DNA from: Dehalococcoidia bacterium
GTDB taxonomy: Bacteria > Chloroflexota > Dehalococcoidia > Plut-88900
NCBI GenBank assembly: GCA_965207225.1
Contig: CBDBLV010000005.1
Location: forward strand, 928,001 to 992,000
DNA length: 64,000 nt
Direction of reading: 5' to 3'
Part shown: positions 35,867 to 46,546 of the stretch, one piece after another
Layout of the letters: the number at the start of each line of letters is the position of its first letter
Numbering within the stretch: position 1 is the first letter of the stretch
The notes under the pieces: model-generated
Database searches by the model: none
What the model saw: the letters and a program-made list of their open reading frames with translations, nothing else
Told to the model about the DNA's origin: nothing
Position numbers and translations under genes: made by a program

Positions 35867-36727
35867 ATGGCTGAAGCATCGGTGGGCATTATCGGTGGGA
35901 GCGGCCTCTATGACATGGAGGCGCTGACGGACAAGGAAGAGGTGAACATCGACACGCCCTTCGGGAACCCCAGCGACGCGATAACTATAGGGACGCTGGA
36001 GGGGCGTCGGGTGGCGTTCCTGCCGAGGCACGGGAGAGGGCACCGGATAAGCCCGACGGAGATTCCGGCCCGGGCGAACATCTTTGCACTGAAGAGCCTG
36101 GGGGTGACGCACATCGTTTCGGTGAGCGCGGTCGGGAGCCTGAAAGAGGAGCTTTACCCGCTGGACATGGTGGTCCCGGACCAGATTATCGACAGGACGA
36201 AAAGCCGGGTAAACAGCTTCTTTGGCGGGGGGATCGTGGCGCACGTGGCGTTCTCTACCCCGTTCTGCCCGAGGCTGAGCTGCGTGCTCTACGAAGCGGC
36301 GAGGGATGTCGGGGCGCGGGCGCATGCGGGCGGAACGCTTATCGTGATGGAAGGGCCGCTGTTTTCGACCCGGGCGGAGAGTGAGCTGTACCGGTCCTGG
36401 GGGGCGTCGATTATCGGGATGACGGCCCTGCCGGAGGCCAAGCTGGCCCGGGAGGCGGAGATCTGCTACGCAACCTTGGCCTGTGTCACGGACTTCGACA
36501 CCTGGCACCCGGACCATGACTCGGTGTCGGTGGAGCTGGTGGTGTCGAACCTGCTGAAGAACGTGGCGACGGGACAGAGGATTGTGCAGCGGCTAATGTC
36601 TGCGGTACCGGGTCGAGAAGAGTGCGTATGCCCCAGCGCGCTGGAGAATGCGATTATAACGGCGCGGGGGTCGATACCCGAGCGGGTGAAGTCGGAGCTT
36701 GCGCCGCTGATAGGGAAGTACCTGTAG
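35867..36727 (+). CDS. mtnP: S-methyl-5'-thioadenosine phosphorylase
   Basis: GIIGGSGLY, FLPRHG, EGPLFSTRAES, VTDFD. Confidence 0.95.
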   Translation: MAEASVGIIGGSGLYDMEALTDKEEVNIDTPFGNPSDAITIGTLEGRRVAFLPRHGRGHRISPTEIPARANIFALKSLGVTHIVSVSAVGSLKEELYPLDMVVPDQIIDRTKSRVNSFFGGGIVAHVAFSTPFCPRLSCVLYEAARDVGARAHAGGTLIVMEGPLFSTRAESELYRSWGASIIGMTALPEAKLAREAEICYATLACVTDFDTWHPDHDSVSVELVVSNLLKNVATGQRIVQRLMSAVPGREECVCPSALENAIITARGSIPERVKSELAPLIGKYL

Positions 36728-36838
36728 GTCACGATAGGGGCTAATTCTGGTGTTTAGCACCTTCACGCGATAAACTGTTACTTCGAATCAAGGGCCCCGG
36801 CGGGAGTCGGGGTGGATAGTAGAAGCCGGGAGGAACAG

Positions 36839-37186
36839 ATGGCTTCGGGACGAGAAGTTTGGCAGGAAGAGGGGGAGCCCTTCACGAGGATCACCCCCAA
36901 GGCCGCCCAACAGATGATAGCTGAAGGCAACGTACAGATAATCGACGTTCGTAACCAGGACGAGTGGGACGAGGGCCACGTACCCAATGCGACGCTGATC
37001 CCTGTGGACGATATTTTTTCCAGGATAGATGAATTGGACCGGGACAAGAACCTGCTTTTCATCTGTGCCATGGGGGTTCGCAGCGCCCTGGCTTGCGAGA
37101 TGGCCGCCGCGTTCGAGTACACAAACCTGTACAACATTGAGGGCGGGACGGGGGCCTGGGCGGAAGATGGGTACCCTATTGAGTAG
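36839..37186 (+). CDS. Single-domain rhodanese
   Basis: IDVR...EW..GHVPNA, CAMGVRS active-site loop. Confidence 0.88.
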   Translation: MASGREVWQEEGEPFTRITPKAAQQMIAEGNVQIIDVRNQDEWDEGHVPNATLIPVDDIFSRIDELDRDKNLLFICAMGVRSALACEMAAAFEYTNLYNIEGGTGAWAEDGYPIE

Positions 37187-37288
37187 GGTCCGCCAGCCCC
37201 GACGCCATCGGGCGTTAATCCTGGCAGCAGCAGGCCCGGGCGCCAGGCCACCGCACCATCCATACCAGAAAGAGAGCCTTAACGCCCT

Positions 37289-38554
37289 ATGGCAACGATA
37301 GTATCGGATATCAAGGACGCGGGTCGGGCGGCGGAGGGGCAGGACCGGATGGACTGGGCGGCCCGCGAAATGCCGGTGCTGCGGCAGATTGGTGAAAGGT
37401 TCGCCAAGGAAAGACCCCTGGAAGGCATCCGAATTGCTGCGTGCCTCCACGTAACCACGGAGACATCCAACCTGATACTAACCTTGAAGGAGGGGGGCGC
37501 GCAGGTCGCACTATGTGCCAGCAACCCTCTCAGCACCCAGGATGACGTAGCGGCATCGCTGGTAGTCAATCATGGCATACCGGTGTTTGCGGTCCGGGGC
37601 GAGGACGAGGACCTATATTACGACCACCTGAACTCGGCCCTTGACCTGAAGCCCCACATGACTCTGGACGACGGCGCAGACCTGGTGGCCACCGTACACC
37701 GGGACCGTACCGAACTTCTGCAGGACCTTACCGGTGGGATGGAGGAGACGACCACGGGAGTCATTCGACTACGCAGCATGGCCGCCGACGGCAAGCTCCG
37801 GTACCCGATTATCAGCGTCAACGAGGCCGACACCAAGCACATGTTCGACAACCGGTATGGCACGGGCCAGAGCACGCTGGACGGCATTATCCGGGCCACT
37901 AACATTCTCTTCGCTGGGAAGACGCTGGTGGTTTGCGGTTACGGCTGGTGCGGAAGGGGAGTAGCGAACCGGGCGCGGGGGATGGGGTCTCGGGTGGTGG
38001 TGGTGGAGGTCGACCCGATCAAGGCGCTAGAAGCGGTCATGGACGGCTACCAGGTCATGCCCATGCTGGAAGCGGCAGAGGTGGGCGATATCTTCGTGAC
38101 CGTCACCGGAGGGTTCCGGGCCATCGACGCCCAGCACCTGTCAGTGATGAAGGACGGAGCGTTGGTGGCCAACAGCGGCCACTTCAACGTGGAGATCAAC
38201 GTCGAGGCGATGGAAGAGCTGTCTGTCGGGCAGCGAGACATCCGGAACGTTGTGCGGGAGTACACGTTTGCCGATGGACGGCGAATTCACCTGCTTGCCG
38301 AGGGTCGGCTTATCAACCTTGCCGCGGCGGAAGGACACCCGGCCAGCGTGATGGACATGAGCTTCGCCAACCAGGCCCTCTGCGCTGAGTATATGGTGAA
38401 GTCGGGGGGGAGCCTGGGGCCAGGGGTGCACCCCGTGCCCCGGGAGATCGACCAGGAGGTCGGGCGGCTGAAGCTCCTTTCGATGGGGATCCGGATAGAC
38501 GGGTTGACGGACGACCAGGTGAAATATGCGAACAGTTGGGAGTCGGGGACCTGA
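37289..38554 (+). CDS. ahcY: Adenosylhomocysteinase
   Basis: [41 protein letters not shown]. Confidence 0.96.
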   Translation: MATIVSDIKDAGRAAEGQDRMDWAAREMPVLRQIGERFAKERPLEGIRIAACLHVTTETSNLILTLKEGGAQVALCASNPLSTQDDVAASLVVNHGIPVFAVRGEDEDLYYDHLNSALDLKPHMTLDDGADLVATVHRDRTELLQDLTGGMEETTTGVIRLRSMAADGKLRYPIISVNEADTKHMFDNRYGTGQSTLDGIIRATNILFAGKTLVVCGYGWCGRGVANRARGMGSRVVVVEVDPIKALEAVMDGYQVMPMLEAAEVGDIFVTVTGGFRAIDAQHLSVMKDGALVANSGHFNVEINVEAMEELSVGQRDIRNVVREYTFADGRRIHLLAEGRLINLAAAEGHPASVMDMSFANQALCAEYMVKSGGSLGPGVHPVPREIDQEVGRLKLLSMGIRIDGLTDDQVKYANSWESGT

Positions 38555-38599
38555 TTCTCACGTAAAGACAATTCAGACAAGAGAGCCAAGGAGAATATA

Positions 38600-39778
38600 T
38601 TGAGCACTACCCTGATGACTTCCGAGTCCCACATGCTCACCTCGGAGTCAGTGACCGAAGGCCACCCGGACAAGCTGTGCGACCAGATTTCGGATGGCGT
38701 ACTGGATGCCATTCTTGCCGAAGACCCGATGGGCCGGGTCGCCTGTGAAACCTCAACTACCACGGGACTGGTGCTTGTGGCCGGTGAGATATCCACGGAA
38801 ACCTATGTCGATATTCCGACAATCGCCCGGGAGGTTATACGCGAGGTCGGTTACACCAGGGCGAAATACGGCTTCGACTGCGACACCTGTGGAGTGATTG
38901 TTTCCATTAAGGAACAATCGAAGGACATTGCACAAGGAGTGAATCCGGGGGGCGCCGGTGACCAGGGGATGATGATCGGGTTTGCCTGCAACGAGACCCC
39001 GGAACTCATGCCCATGACCATATCCCTGGCCCACAAGCTTTGCCGACGCCTGGCCGAGGTCCGCAAGGACGGCACTCTGCCGTACCTGCGGCCGGACGGC
39101 AAATCACAGGTGACGGTCGAATACTCGGGGGGCGTACCGGTGAGGGTGGATACGGTCGTGCTGGCCGCCCAGCACGACCCCAGCGTCTCGCAGCCGACTA
39201 TCCAGCGGGATCTTATCGAGCACGTTGTCAAGGAAGTGCTGCCCGGCAATATGCTGGACGAGCGCACTAAGTATCACATCAACGCCACAGGCAGGTTCGA
39301 GATAGGGGGCCCGATGGGGGACGCGGGCCTCACAGGGCGGAAGATCATCGTGGACACCTACGGTGGTGTGGCGCGACACGGTGGTGGAGCCTTCTCAGGC
39401 AAGGACCCGACGAAGGTCGACCGCTCGGCCAGCTACGCTGCCCGCTACGTCGCCAAGAACGTGGTTGCCGCCGGGCTTGCCGACCGAATCGAAGTGCAAC
39501 TCTCTTACGCCATCGGCGTTGCCGACCCCACGTCCGTAGCCGTCGAGACCTTCGGAACGGGCAAAGTGCCGGACGATCTGATATTGGAAAGCATAAAAGG
39601 CAATTTCGACCTGACACCTGCGGGTATAATCAACGCATTGGACCTTCGGCGTCCAATCTACCGGCAGACAGCCGCCTATGGCCACTTCGGTCGCTCAGAC
39701 CTTGATCTGCCATGGGAACGCACGGACAAGGTTGATGCCCTGAAGGCCGACGCCGGTCTCCAGGCAGCCGCAGGCTAA
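38600..39778 (+). CDS. metK: S-adenosylmethionine synthetase
   Basis: [26 protein letters not shown]. Confidence 0.97.
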   Translation: MSTTLMTSESHMLTSESVTEGHPDKLCDQISDGVLDAILAEDPMGRVACETSTTTGLVLVAGEISTETYVDIPTIAREVIREVGYTRAKYGFDCDTCGVIVSIKEQSKDIAQGVNPGGAGDQGMMIGFACNETPELMPMTISLAHKLCRRLAEVRKDGTLPYLRPDGKSQVTVEYSGGVPVRVDTVVLAAQHDPSVSQPTIQRDLIEHVVKEVLPGNMLDERTKYHINATGRFEIGGPMGDAGLTGRKIIVDTYGGVARHGGGAFSGKDPTKVDRSASYAARYVAKNVVAAGLADRIEVQLSYAIGVADPTSVAVETFGTGKVPDDLILESIKGNFDLTPAGIINALDLRRPIYRQTAAYGHFGRSDLDLPWERTDKVDALKADAGLQAAAG

Positions 39779-39829
39779 TCGACATCTTCTTCCCAATCCG
39801 CCGCGAGGCGGTGCTGTACAATCTGGTTG

Positions 39830-41257
39830 ATGCCCGGCGAGATTAAATTTGGGACCGATGGGTGGCGCGGCCTTATCGCCGACGATTTCACATTTTCCAA
39901 CGTCCGAGTCTGCGCGCAAGCCGTAGCGGAGTATGTGAAAGGCAGGGGCCTTGGGGGGAGGGGGGTGGTGGTGGGTTACGACACCCGTTTTCTGTCAGAC
40001 CGCTTTGCGGAGGAAGTGTCGGGGGTTTTAGCGGCCAACGGCATCCGGCCACTCTTGGGTATTGAGCCCGTGCCAACGCCCGTAGCCAGCTATGCAGTGA
40101 TGGATTTGAAGGCGGCGGGCGCCGTGGTTATAACTGCAAGCCACAACCCCGCCTATTGGAACGGGTTCAAGTTCAAGCCGGAGTACGCCGGCAGCGCGAC
40201 CCCTGAAATCACTGCCCGTCTCGAGTCCATAATCGAGGGGATAGAAGAGCGAGGTGGTGTCGCACATCCGGACCCCAGTGAGGGCGAAGGCCTGATCGAG
40301 TCTATAGACGTCTTGCCGGCTTACTCCAGTCACTTAGCCGGATTGGTGGACTTGGGGAGGATACGGGAGGCAGGTTTAGAGGTGGTTGTCGATTCGATGT
40401 TTGGGGCCGGGAGCGGCTATGTGAAACACTTGATGGGCATAGGGACGACTCGGGTCAGTGAGATTCACAACGAGCGTAATCCTCTGTTCCCGGGGCTGAG
40501 GCAGCCGGAGCCGATAGGACGCAACCTGGGAAAACTGAGCGACCACGTCAGGAAGACGGGTGCGGACATTGGTTTGGCGACGGATGGGGACGCGGACAGG
40601 GTCGGGGTGGCGGATGAGAGGGGGAATATCCTGACGCCTCTGCAGATATTTGGCCTCCTGGCGTACTACCTGCTGGAGGTGCGCGGGGCCCGGGGTCCGA
40701 TGATCAAATCGATTACAACGACGAGGATGATAGACCGGCTTGGGGAGCGATACGGGGTTCCGGTACATGAGACGCCTGTTGGATTCAAGCATATCGGACC
40801 GAAGATGATGGAAGAGGATGCGCTGGTCGGGGGTGAGGAGAGTGGGGGATTCGGGTTCCGGGGACATGTGCCGGAGAGGGACGGTATACTTGCCTCCCTG
40901 TATGTCCTGGACCTTGTGGCTGTCACCGGTAGAACGGTGTCTCAGCTGATCGGAGACCTGTATGGGCTTGTGGGGGCGCATCACTATGACCGGGTCGATA
41001 TTCCCATAGGATGGGAGGCGAAGGAGGGGGCCCGGGAGCGGATATCTGCCGCGAACCCCGAGAACATAGCAGGACTGCCCGTGTCTCGGCTGGACAGAAT
41101 GGACGGTTCCCGGTTCGAATTCGAAGATGGAAGTTGGCTGCTGTTCCGGTTCTCGGGGACCGAGCCGCTGATGAGGATCTACGCCGAAAGCGGCAGCATG
41201 GAAGCCGTGCAAAACCTACTGAAAGCCGGTCAGGCGATGGCCGGGGTGAAACAATGA
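39830..41257 (+). CDS. Phosphoglucomutase/phosphomannomutase
   Basis: FGTDGWRG, TASHNP, DGDADR, GGEESG; TACAAT 7 nt upstream suggests a leaderless mRNA. Confidence 0.93.
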   Translation: MPGEIKFGTDGWRGLIADDFTFSNVRVCAQAVAEYVKGRGLGGRGVVVGYDTRFLSDRFAEEVSGVLAANGIRPLLGIEPVPTPVASYAVMDLKAAGAVVITASHNPAYWNGFKFKPEYAGSATPEITARLESIIEGIEERGGVAHPDPSEGEGLIESIDVLPAYSSHLAGLVDLGRIREAGLEVVVDSMFGAGSGYVKHLMGIGTTRVSEIHNERNPLFPGLRQPEPIGRNLGKLSDHVRKTGADIGLATDGDADRVGVADERGNILTPLQIFGLLAYYLLEVRGARGPMIKSITTTRMIDRLGERYGVPVHETPVGFKHIGPKMMEEDALVGGEESGGFGFRGHVPERDGILASLYVLDLVAVTGRTVSQLIGDLYGLVGAHHYDRVDIPIGWEAKEGARERISAANPENIAGLPVSRLDRMDGSRFEFEDGSWLLFRFSGTEPLMRIYAESGSMEAVQNLLKAGQAMAGVKQ

Positions 41258-42309
41258 TTGACCTTGACGATCCCCGTGTCTACGACGCCCTGGACCCGTC
41301 CAGGCTACGGCTGCGGCTGCGGAGTATGGCCGAGCAGTGCCGCAAGGGATGGGAGAGCATCCCATTTCCAGGTCTGCCGGACCACTACAGGGACGCAAAC
41401 CGCATAGTGCATTTCGGGATGGGTGGGTCGGCTATAGCGGCGGACTACTTGCAGACCGTGGTGACGGGAGCAGGGGGCCCGCCGGTGGACGTATACCGGG
41501 GGTTCGGGTATCCGTGGCCCATTGATGACGTGACCCTGGTCATTTGCTCCAGCTACTCGGGGAACACAGAGGAGACGCTGTCGGCATTCGACCCGGACCT
41601 GCCCGGGTGCAAAGTTGCAGTGACCGGCGGTGGAAGGCTGGAGGAGACGGCGACGGAGTATGGGATCCCGGTATATGGGATAGACATTGTATCGGAGCCC
41701 CGGGCGGCATTGGGGTATTGCCTTTTCGCGCTACTGTCGTGCGTAAGCGAGTTGGGGTTAGTCGAGGATTTGGAGCGGGACGTGGAAGAGGGGGTGGAGA
41801 TCGTGGCCCGGTTGACGGAGGAGTTTGGAGAGTCCACGCCCATCGAGGACAACCGGGCGAAGAACCTGGCATGGCAGATGATGGAGAATTTGATTGTGGT
41901 ATATGCGGGTGATATATTCGAGTGCACAGCCCGACGTTGGAAGACCCAGCTGAACGAGAACGGCAAGTCGTGGGCCTTCTACGAGATGTTGCCGGAGGCG
42001 GGCCACAACGCCGTGGAAGGGCTGGAAAGGCCCGGCAACATCTCCGACGAGACTCATGTGGTGTTTCTCGGGTCGGGGTCGGTTGGTGACCGGTTGCAGC
42101 CCTCGTATGACGGTATGGGAGAGTTGCTGAGGAGGTCGGGTGTTGGACAGACGGTTGTTGAGGCGGAGGGGGAGTCGGTGCTGGCACAGATAATGAGTGT
42201 GACGGTGCTAGGAGATTACGCCAGCTACTACCTGGGCCTGCTCTACGGAGCAGACCCTTCACCGGTGCCCAGGATCAACGCCCTGAAGGCCATGATCGAG
42301 GAAAGCTAG
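41254..42309 (+). CDS. Bifunctional phosphoglucose/phosphomannose isomerase
   Basis: GMGGSAI, SYSGNTEET, RWKTQLNENGK, PEAGHN. Confidence 0.92.
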   Translation: MIDLDDPRVYDALDPSRLRLRLRSMAEQCRKGWESIPFPGLPDHYRDANRIVHFGMGGSAIAADYLQTVVTGAGGPPVDVYRGFGYPWPIDDVTLVICSSYSGNTEETLSAFDPDLPGCKVAVTGGGRLEETATEYGIPVYGIDIVSEPRAALGYCLFALLSCVSELGLVEDLERDVEEGVEIVARLTEEFGESTPIEDNRAKNLAWQMMENLIVVYAGDIFECTARRWKTQLNENGKSWAFYEMLPEAGHNAVEGLERPGNISDETHVVFLGSGSVGDRLQPSYDGMGELLRRSGVGQTVVEAEGESVLAQIMSVTVLGDYASYYLGLLYGADPSPVPRINALKAMIEES

Positions 42310-42332
42310 AGAGTCAGCCGAACGGAGGCGTT

Positions 42333-43526
42333 ATGCAGTTAGCCTTCACGCAAAAGGAAGAGGCTTTTCGGCAGGAGATAAAGGACTTTCTCGGCCAGGA
42401 GCTGCCTGATAACTGGGAGGGCCTGGAGGAAGGTGACGAGTACGAGGGAGAAGGGCTGGAGTTCACCCGACACATGGCCAAGACCCTGGCCGGCAAGGGC
42501 TGGCTAACCCTGGCCTGGCCCACCGAGTACGGAGGACAGGACCGCCCGATGATGGAGCAGGTGGTCTACCAGGAGGAGATGGCCTACAACCTGGTGCCGC
42601 CGGCGACGCTGGACATGGGGGTCGGGGGAATTGGATGGGTCGGGCCTACGTTGATGATCTACGGCACCGACGATCAGAAGAAGGAGCACATCCCATACAT
42701 CGGAGCTGGGGAGAGGTTCTGGTGCACGGGGTACAGCGAGCCGGACTCTGGGTCCGACCTGGCGTCTCTGCAGACCGAGGCCCGTGCAGACGGCGACCAC
42801 TACGTAGTCAACGGCCAAAAGACGTGGAACAGCGGCGGTCACGCCATGGACTGGTGCTGGCTGGCGGTGAGGACCGACCCCCAGGCGCCCAAGCACAAGG
42901 GGATTAGCCTGATACTGGTCGATCTCCGGACCCCGGGCATCACCATCGAGCCGATAGTGAACATGGCTAACTCTCACCACTTCAACGAACTTTTCTTCGA
43001 AAACGTCCGGGTGCCCAAGGCCAACCTGGTAGGTGAAGAAAACATGGGCTGGTACTACGTTGCTGTGGCCCTGGACTTCGAAAGGTCACACATCCGGGAT
43101 GCTGCGATCCAGAAACGACACCTAGACGAGATAGCGGCGCACTTGGGGCGATCCGGGTCCCGGAGGCCGGCATTGAACAACGATGATGCGATCCGCAACC
43201 GGCTGGCGGAGGCGGCGATTGACATAGAGCTAGGGCGCTGGATGGCGTACCGGGTGGCCTGGATGCAGGGTCAGGGTATCGTCCCCAACGCCGAGGCCTC
43301 GATGTGCAAGATCATACTTACTGAAAGCGCTCAGCGGCTGGCAAACACGATCATGTGGGTGCTGGGGCTGCACGGTCAGCTGGGGGTAGGGTCGGCGTGG
43401 GAAGTGTTCAAGGGCCGGTTCCAGCGGGAGTACCTACTGTCGAGGTCCCAGACCATTGCGGGTGGGACATCGGAGATACAACGGGGGATCATCGCCCGGC
43501 GGGGGCTGGGGTTGCCTCGGGGGTAG
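42333..43526 (+). CDS. Acyl-CoA dehydrogenase
   Basis: GYSEPDSGSDLASL, NGQKTW, IAGGTSEIQR. Confidence 0.93.
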   Translation: MQLAFTQKEEAFRQEIKDFLGQELPDNWEGLEEGDEYEGEGLEFTRHMAKTLAGKGWLTLAWPTEYGGQDRPMMEQVVYQEEMAYNLVPPATLDMGVGGIGWVGPTLMIYGTDDQKKEHIPYIGAGERFWCTGYSEPDSGSDLASLQTEARADGDHYVVNGQKTWNSGGHAMDWCWLAVRTDPQAPKHKGISLILVDLRTPGITIEPIVNMANSHHFNELFFENVRVPKANLVGEENMGWYYVAVALDFERSHIRDAAIQKRHLDEIAAHLGRSGSRRPALNNDDAIRNRLAEAAIDIELGRWMAYRVAWMQGQGIVPNAEASMCKIILTESAQRLANTIMWVLGLHGQLGVGSAWEVFKGRFQREYLLSRSQTIAGGTSEIQRGIIARRGLGLPRG

Positions 43527-43599
43527 GAAGACTGAGCGCCCGACGTTGACTTTTTCGGGACCCGACCTTCACATTTGAGAAAATAAGGAGTAGTTCAAC

Positions 43600-44010
43600 A
43601 TGCCTTTGACGCTAGAGCTAGCGGAATCGATGGTGGATGCAGCCAAGGCCAAGGCCGAGGAGATGGGCTGCTCGGTGTGCGTGGCTGTCGTGGACAAAGG
43701 TGGCTACGTTATCACCGTTTCCAAGATGGACGGGTGTCTGCCCCTGGCCGCGGACGAAGCGACGAACATGGCCTACACTGCGGCGATGTTCGGGGAGAGG
43801 GGTACGGAGATTGTGAAAATGGTGGGGAGGCCCTGGTTTCAGAGCATGATAATCGCATCCCAGGGCAGGATAGTCCCCGCCGATGGTGAAATGCCTATCG
43901 TGATTGACGGGGAGATAGTGGGTGGCATTGCAGCAGGTGGTGCATCCAATGAGCAAGACGTTGCCTGCTGTCTGGCTGCGCTGGATGCCCTGGAGAAGGC
44001 GCTTTCCTGA
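43600..44010 (+). CDS. GlcG/HbpS family heme-binding protein (divergent)
   Basis: VAVVDKGG, MDG, AYTA, IVGGIAAGG...QD. Confidence 0.8.
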   Translation: MPLTLELAESMVDAAKAKAEEMGCSVCVAVVDKGGYVITVSKMDGCLPLAADEATNMAYTAAMFGERGTEIVKMVGRPWFQSMIIASQGRIVPADGEMPIVIDGEIVGGIAAGGASNEQDVACCLAALDALEKALS

Positions 44011-44049
44011 GCCGGTAGGGCAAACTCCGGCTCAGTGGAGAAAAGATGA

Positions 44050-44081
44050 GGCCGCCCCCGACTCCAGGGTCGGGGGCGGCC
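44050..44081. terminator. Intrinsic terminator between convergent glcG-like gene and rpsI
   Basis: 13-bp GC stem GGCCGCCCCCGAC/GTCGGGGGCGGCC; U-rich tail on minus strand. Confidence 0.75.
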
Positions 44082-44105
44082 TTCTACTTCAGAATCTGTT
44101 GTGGA

Positions 44106-44501
44106 CTACCGCTTGGTGTACTGAGGCGCCTTTCGGGCGCGCTTGAGGCCGTACTTCTTGCGTTCTTTGATGCGGGAGTCGCGGGTGAGGAGGCCGGCCT
44201 TGCGAAGGGTGGGCTTCAACTCTTCGTTGGCTACGACGAGGGCCCTGGCTATGCCGTGCCTTATGGCCTGGGCCTGCCCCGCAATGCCGCCGCCCGCCAC
44301 CCTGACCGAGGCGCTGTAGTTGCCGGTCAAGCCGGTGGCGTGCAACGGCTCCTGTATGGCCTGCTGTAGGGTGCGGAGAGGGAAGGCCTCGTTCATGGGT
44401 TTGCCGTTGACCACGATGGCCCCTGGACCGGGGAAAAGCCGCACCCGGGCGACGGCCTCCTTGCGCTTGCCGATGGCGTAGAAGTATCTCTGTTCAGTCA
44501 A
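44106..44501 (-). CDS. rpsI: 30S ribosomal protein S9
   Basis: GKRKEAVARV...ERKKYGLKRARKAPQYTKR. Confidence 0.97.
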   Translation of the reverse strand: MTEQRYFYAIGKRKEAVARVRLFPGPGAIVVNGKPMNEAFPLRTLQQAIQEPLHATGLTGNYSASVRVAGGGIAGQAQAIRHGIARALVVANEELKPTLRKAGLLTRDSRIKERKKYGLKRARKAPQYTKR

Positions 44502-44517
44502 GGGTTACTCCCGGGGT

Positions 44518-45327
44518 CTAGGCGCCCCTCTCCTTCTCTTCTTCTGCGGTTTCAGTTGCCGGGGCTTCCTCTTCGGTCGCAGAGGCCTCGGGCTCCACGG
44601 AGGGCGGGGCCTCGGTTGTTTCAGGCTGCGGTTCCTCGGGAGGAGTGGATTGTTCGGCGGCCTCCGGGGTGTCGTTTGCGGATGCGGTATCAGATGTTAC
44701 GGGAGCGGCTTCGGCGGTCGCCTCTTCGGATACGGACTCTTCGATTACTTCTTCCTCGGCCACCGGTGTTTCCGCAACGGAGGATGCCGGCTCTTCGACC
44801 ATCTTGGGCTTGCGGACACGTTTGTTGTAGAGCGGCTTGGGCAGCCCGATCCAGGTGACGCCTTCTTCGCGGTCCCTGTCCAGGGCCCTCTGGGTGTCGG
44901 TGACCTGAGACTCGTGGGGGTGGTCGGGGCCCGGGTAGACCTTGAGGCGCCGGAACATCTGTCGGCCGAGCCGGTTGTGGGGGAGCATACCCTTCACGGC
45001 GTGCTCGATTACGCGGTTGGGGTGTCGGGCCATCATCCGGCGATAGGGGACCGCCTTAAGGCCACCCGGGTACTGGGAGTGGCTGTAGTAGATTTTCTGG
45101 TCGGCCTTGCGCCCCGTGACCCGAACCTTTGCGGAATTGACCACGATGACGAAATCGCCGGTGAGCATGTGGGGCGAGTAGTTGGGCTTGTGCTTGCCCT
45201 TGAGCAGGTGGGCTATCTGCACGGCCAAGCGCCCGAGGACTTGTCCCTCGGCGTCAATGACGTGCCACCTGGGGCGAAGGTCTGAGGATTTAGGCGTTGC
45301 GGTTGTTTTTCTAGTGAGTGTTGGCAT
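44518..45327 (-). CDS. rplM: 50S ribosomal protein L13 with long acidic C-terminal extension
   Basis: [25 protein letters not shown]. Confidence 0.95.
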   Translation of the reverse strand: MPTLTRKTTATPKSSDLRPRWHVIDAEGQVLGRLAVQIAHLLKGKHKPNYSPHMLTGDFVIVVNSAKVRVTGRKADQKIYYSHSQYPGGLKAVPYRRMMARHPNRVIEHAVKGMLPHNRLGRQMFRRLKVYPGPDHPHESQVTDTQRALDRDREEGVTWIGLPKPLYNKRVRKPKMVEEPASSVAETPVAEEEVIEESVSEEATAEAAPVTSDTASANDTPEAAEQSTPPEEPQPETTEAPPSVEPEASATEEEAPATETAEEEKERGA

Positions 45328-45342
45328 TTTGCTGGAGCCGTT

Positions 45343-46149
45343 TCAATACTGGATTTTCGGGGGCGACGCAGCGGCCGCTATGGTTTCATACATGGGAAAG
45401 GGGCCGGGGTGCGGGTAACGGACTTCCTCCAGGTAGAGGCCTTGAGGAGGGAGGGTTGGGCCCGCGAGGCCGGGGGTCGGGCGTTCTATCAGTGTCCTGA
45501 ATTCGTCGACGGTCATGCGATCCCTGCCGACCTCTACCAACGCTCCGGCCGTACGCCTGACCTGGTGAGTCAGGAAGGCATTTCCTTCCATTTCAAGAAT
45601 AACGAACTTGCCGTCCCTGCGGACGGAGGCCTCGGTGATATCGCGCACCGTCGAGGCGCCAGGTACCTCTGGGGACCTGGAGAATGATGCGAAATCGTGG
45701 ACTCCGACAAGCAGCCCGGCTGCAACATCCATTGCGACCACGTTCAATTCGCCCCGCACGTAGCTGGAGTACTTGCGGAGGAGGGGGGAGGGGGTTGGGC
45801 CGTTGTATATCACGTACCGATACTGCCGGGAGACGGCATCCCTGCGGGGGTCGAAACCCAAGTCGGCCACTGAGACGGCGTGTACGGAGATGTCATCGGG
45901 CAGGTGGTGGTTGAGGGCCTGGAGAAGGGTCTCGGGGGAATGACTGGAAGCGGTCAGAAAAGAGGCAACCTGGCCCCGAGCGTGTACTCCGGAGTCGGTG
46001 CGGCCAGCACCGGCTACCCTGACCTTTTCGCCGGTCAGCTTCTCTATGGCAAGCTCAAGCTCCGACTGGATCGTTGGGGCGTTGGGCTGCCACTGGAAGC
46101 CACGGTAGCGTGTGCCGTCGTATTCGATTAGGAGGGCTATTCTTCTCAA
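45343..46149 (-). CDS. truA: tRNA pseudouridine(38-40) synthase
   Basis: EYDGT, AGRTDSGVHA, HDFASF, GLYL. Confidence 0.95.
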   Translation of the reverse strand: MRRIALLIEYDGTRYRGFQWQPNAPTIQSELELAIEKLTGEKVRVAGAGRTDSGVHARGQVASFLTASSHSPETLLQALNHHLPDDISVHAVSVADLGFDPRRDAVSRQYRYVIYNGPTPSPLLRKYSSYVRGELNVVAMDVAAGLLVGVHDFASFSRSPEVPGASTVRDITEASVRRDGKFVILEMEGNAFLTHQVRRTAGALVEVGRDRMTVDEFRTLIERPTPGLAGPTLPPQGLYLEEVRYPHPGPFPMYETIAAAASPPKIQY

Positions 46150-46191
46150 GATGCCTTCCCTGTGCTTGTCCACTTCAGCCAACAAGCCGGG

Positions 46192-46545
46192 TTATTCCAC
46201 CAATTCCAGTCGGGCCATAGGTGCGGCATCACCGAGGCGGGGGCCAAGCTTTACAAGCCTCATGTAGCCGCCTGGCCTTTCGGCATATCTCGGGCCCAGA
46301 TCATCGAACACCTTGGAGACGACCTTCTTGTCGGCGACATAGGCGAGGGCCTGGCGTCGGGCGTGAAGGTCTTCCCTCTTGCCCAGGGTGATTATCTTTT
46401 CGGCGATGCCCTTGATCTCTTTGGCCTTGGCCTCGGTGGTCGAAAGGTGTTCGTTGCGCAGCAGGTCGGTGACCATGTTGCGGTAAAGGGCTCTGCGGTG
46501 GTCCGACTTGCGGCCTAACTTTCGTCCTGCTTTCCGGTGTCTCAT
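46192..46545 (-). CDS. rplQ: 50S ribosomal protein L17
   Basis: [12 protein letters not shown]. Confidence 0.97.
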   Translation of the reverse strand: MRHRKAGRKLGRKSDHRRALYRNMVTDLLRNEHLSTTEAKAKEIKGIAEKIITLGKREDLHARRQALAYVADKKVVSKVFDDLGPRYAERPGGYMRLVKLGPRLGDAAPMARLELVE

Positions 46546-46546
46546 C

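Noticed and set aside
38555-38599. SAM riboswitch upstream of metK
   Set aside because: Only 45 nt of intergenic space and no SAM-I/II core motifs
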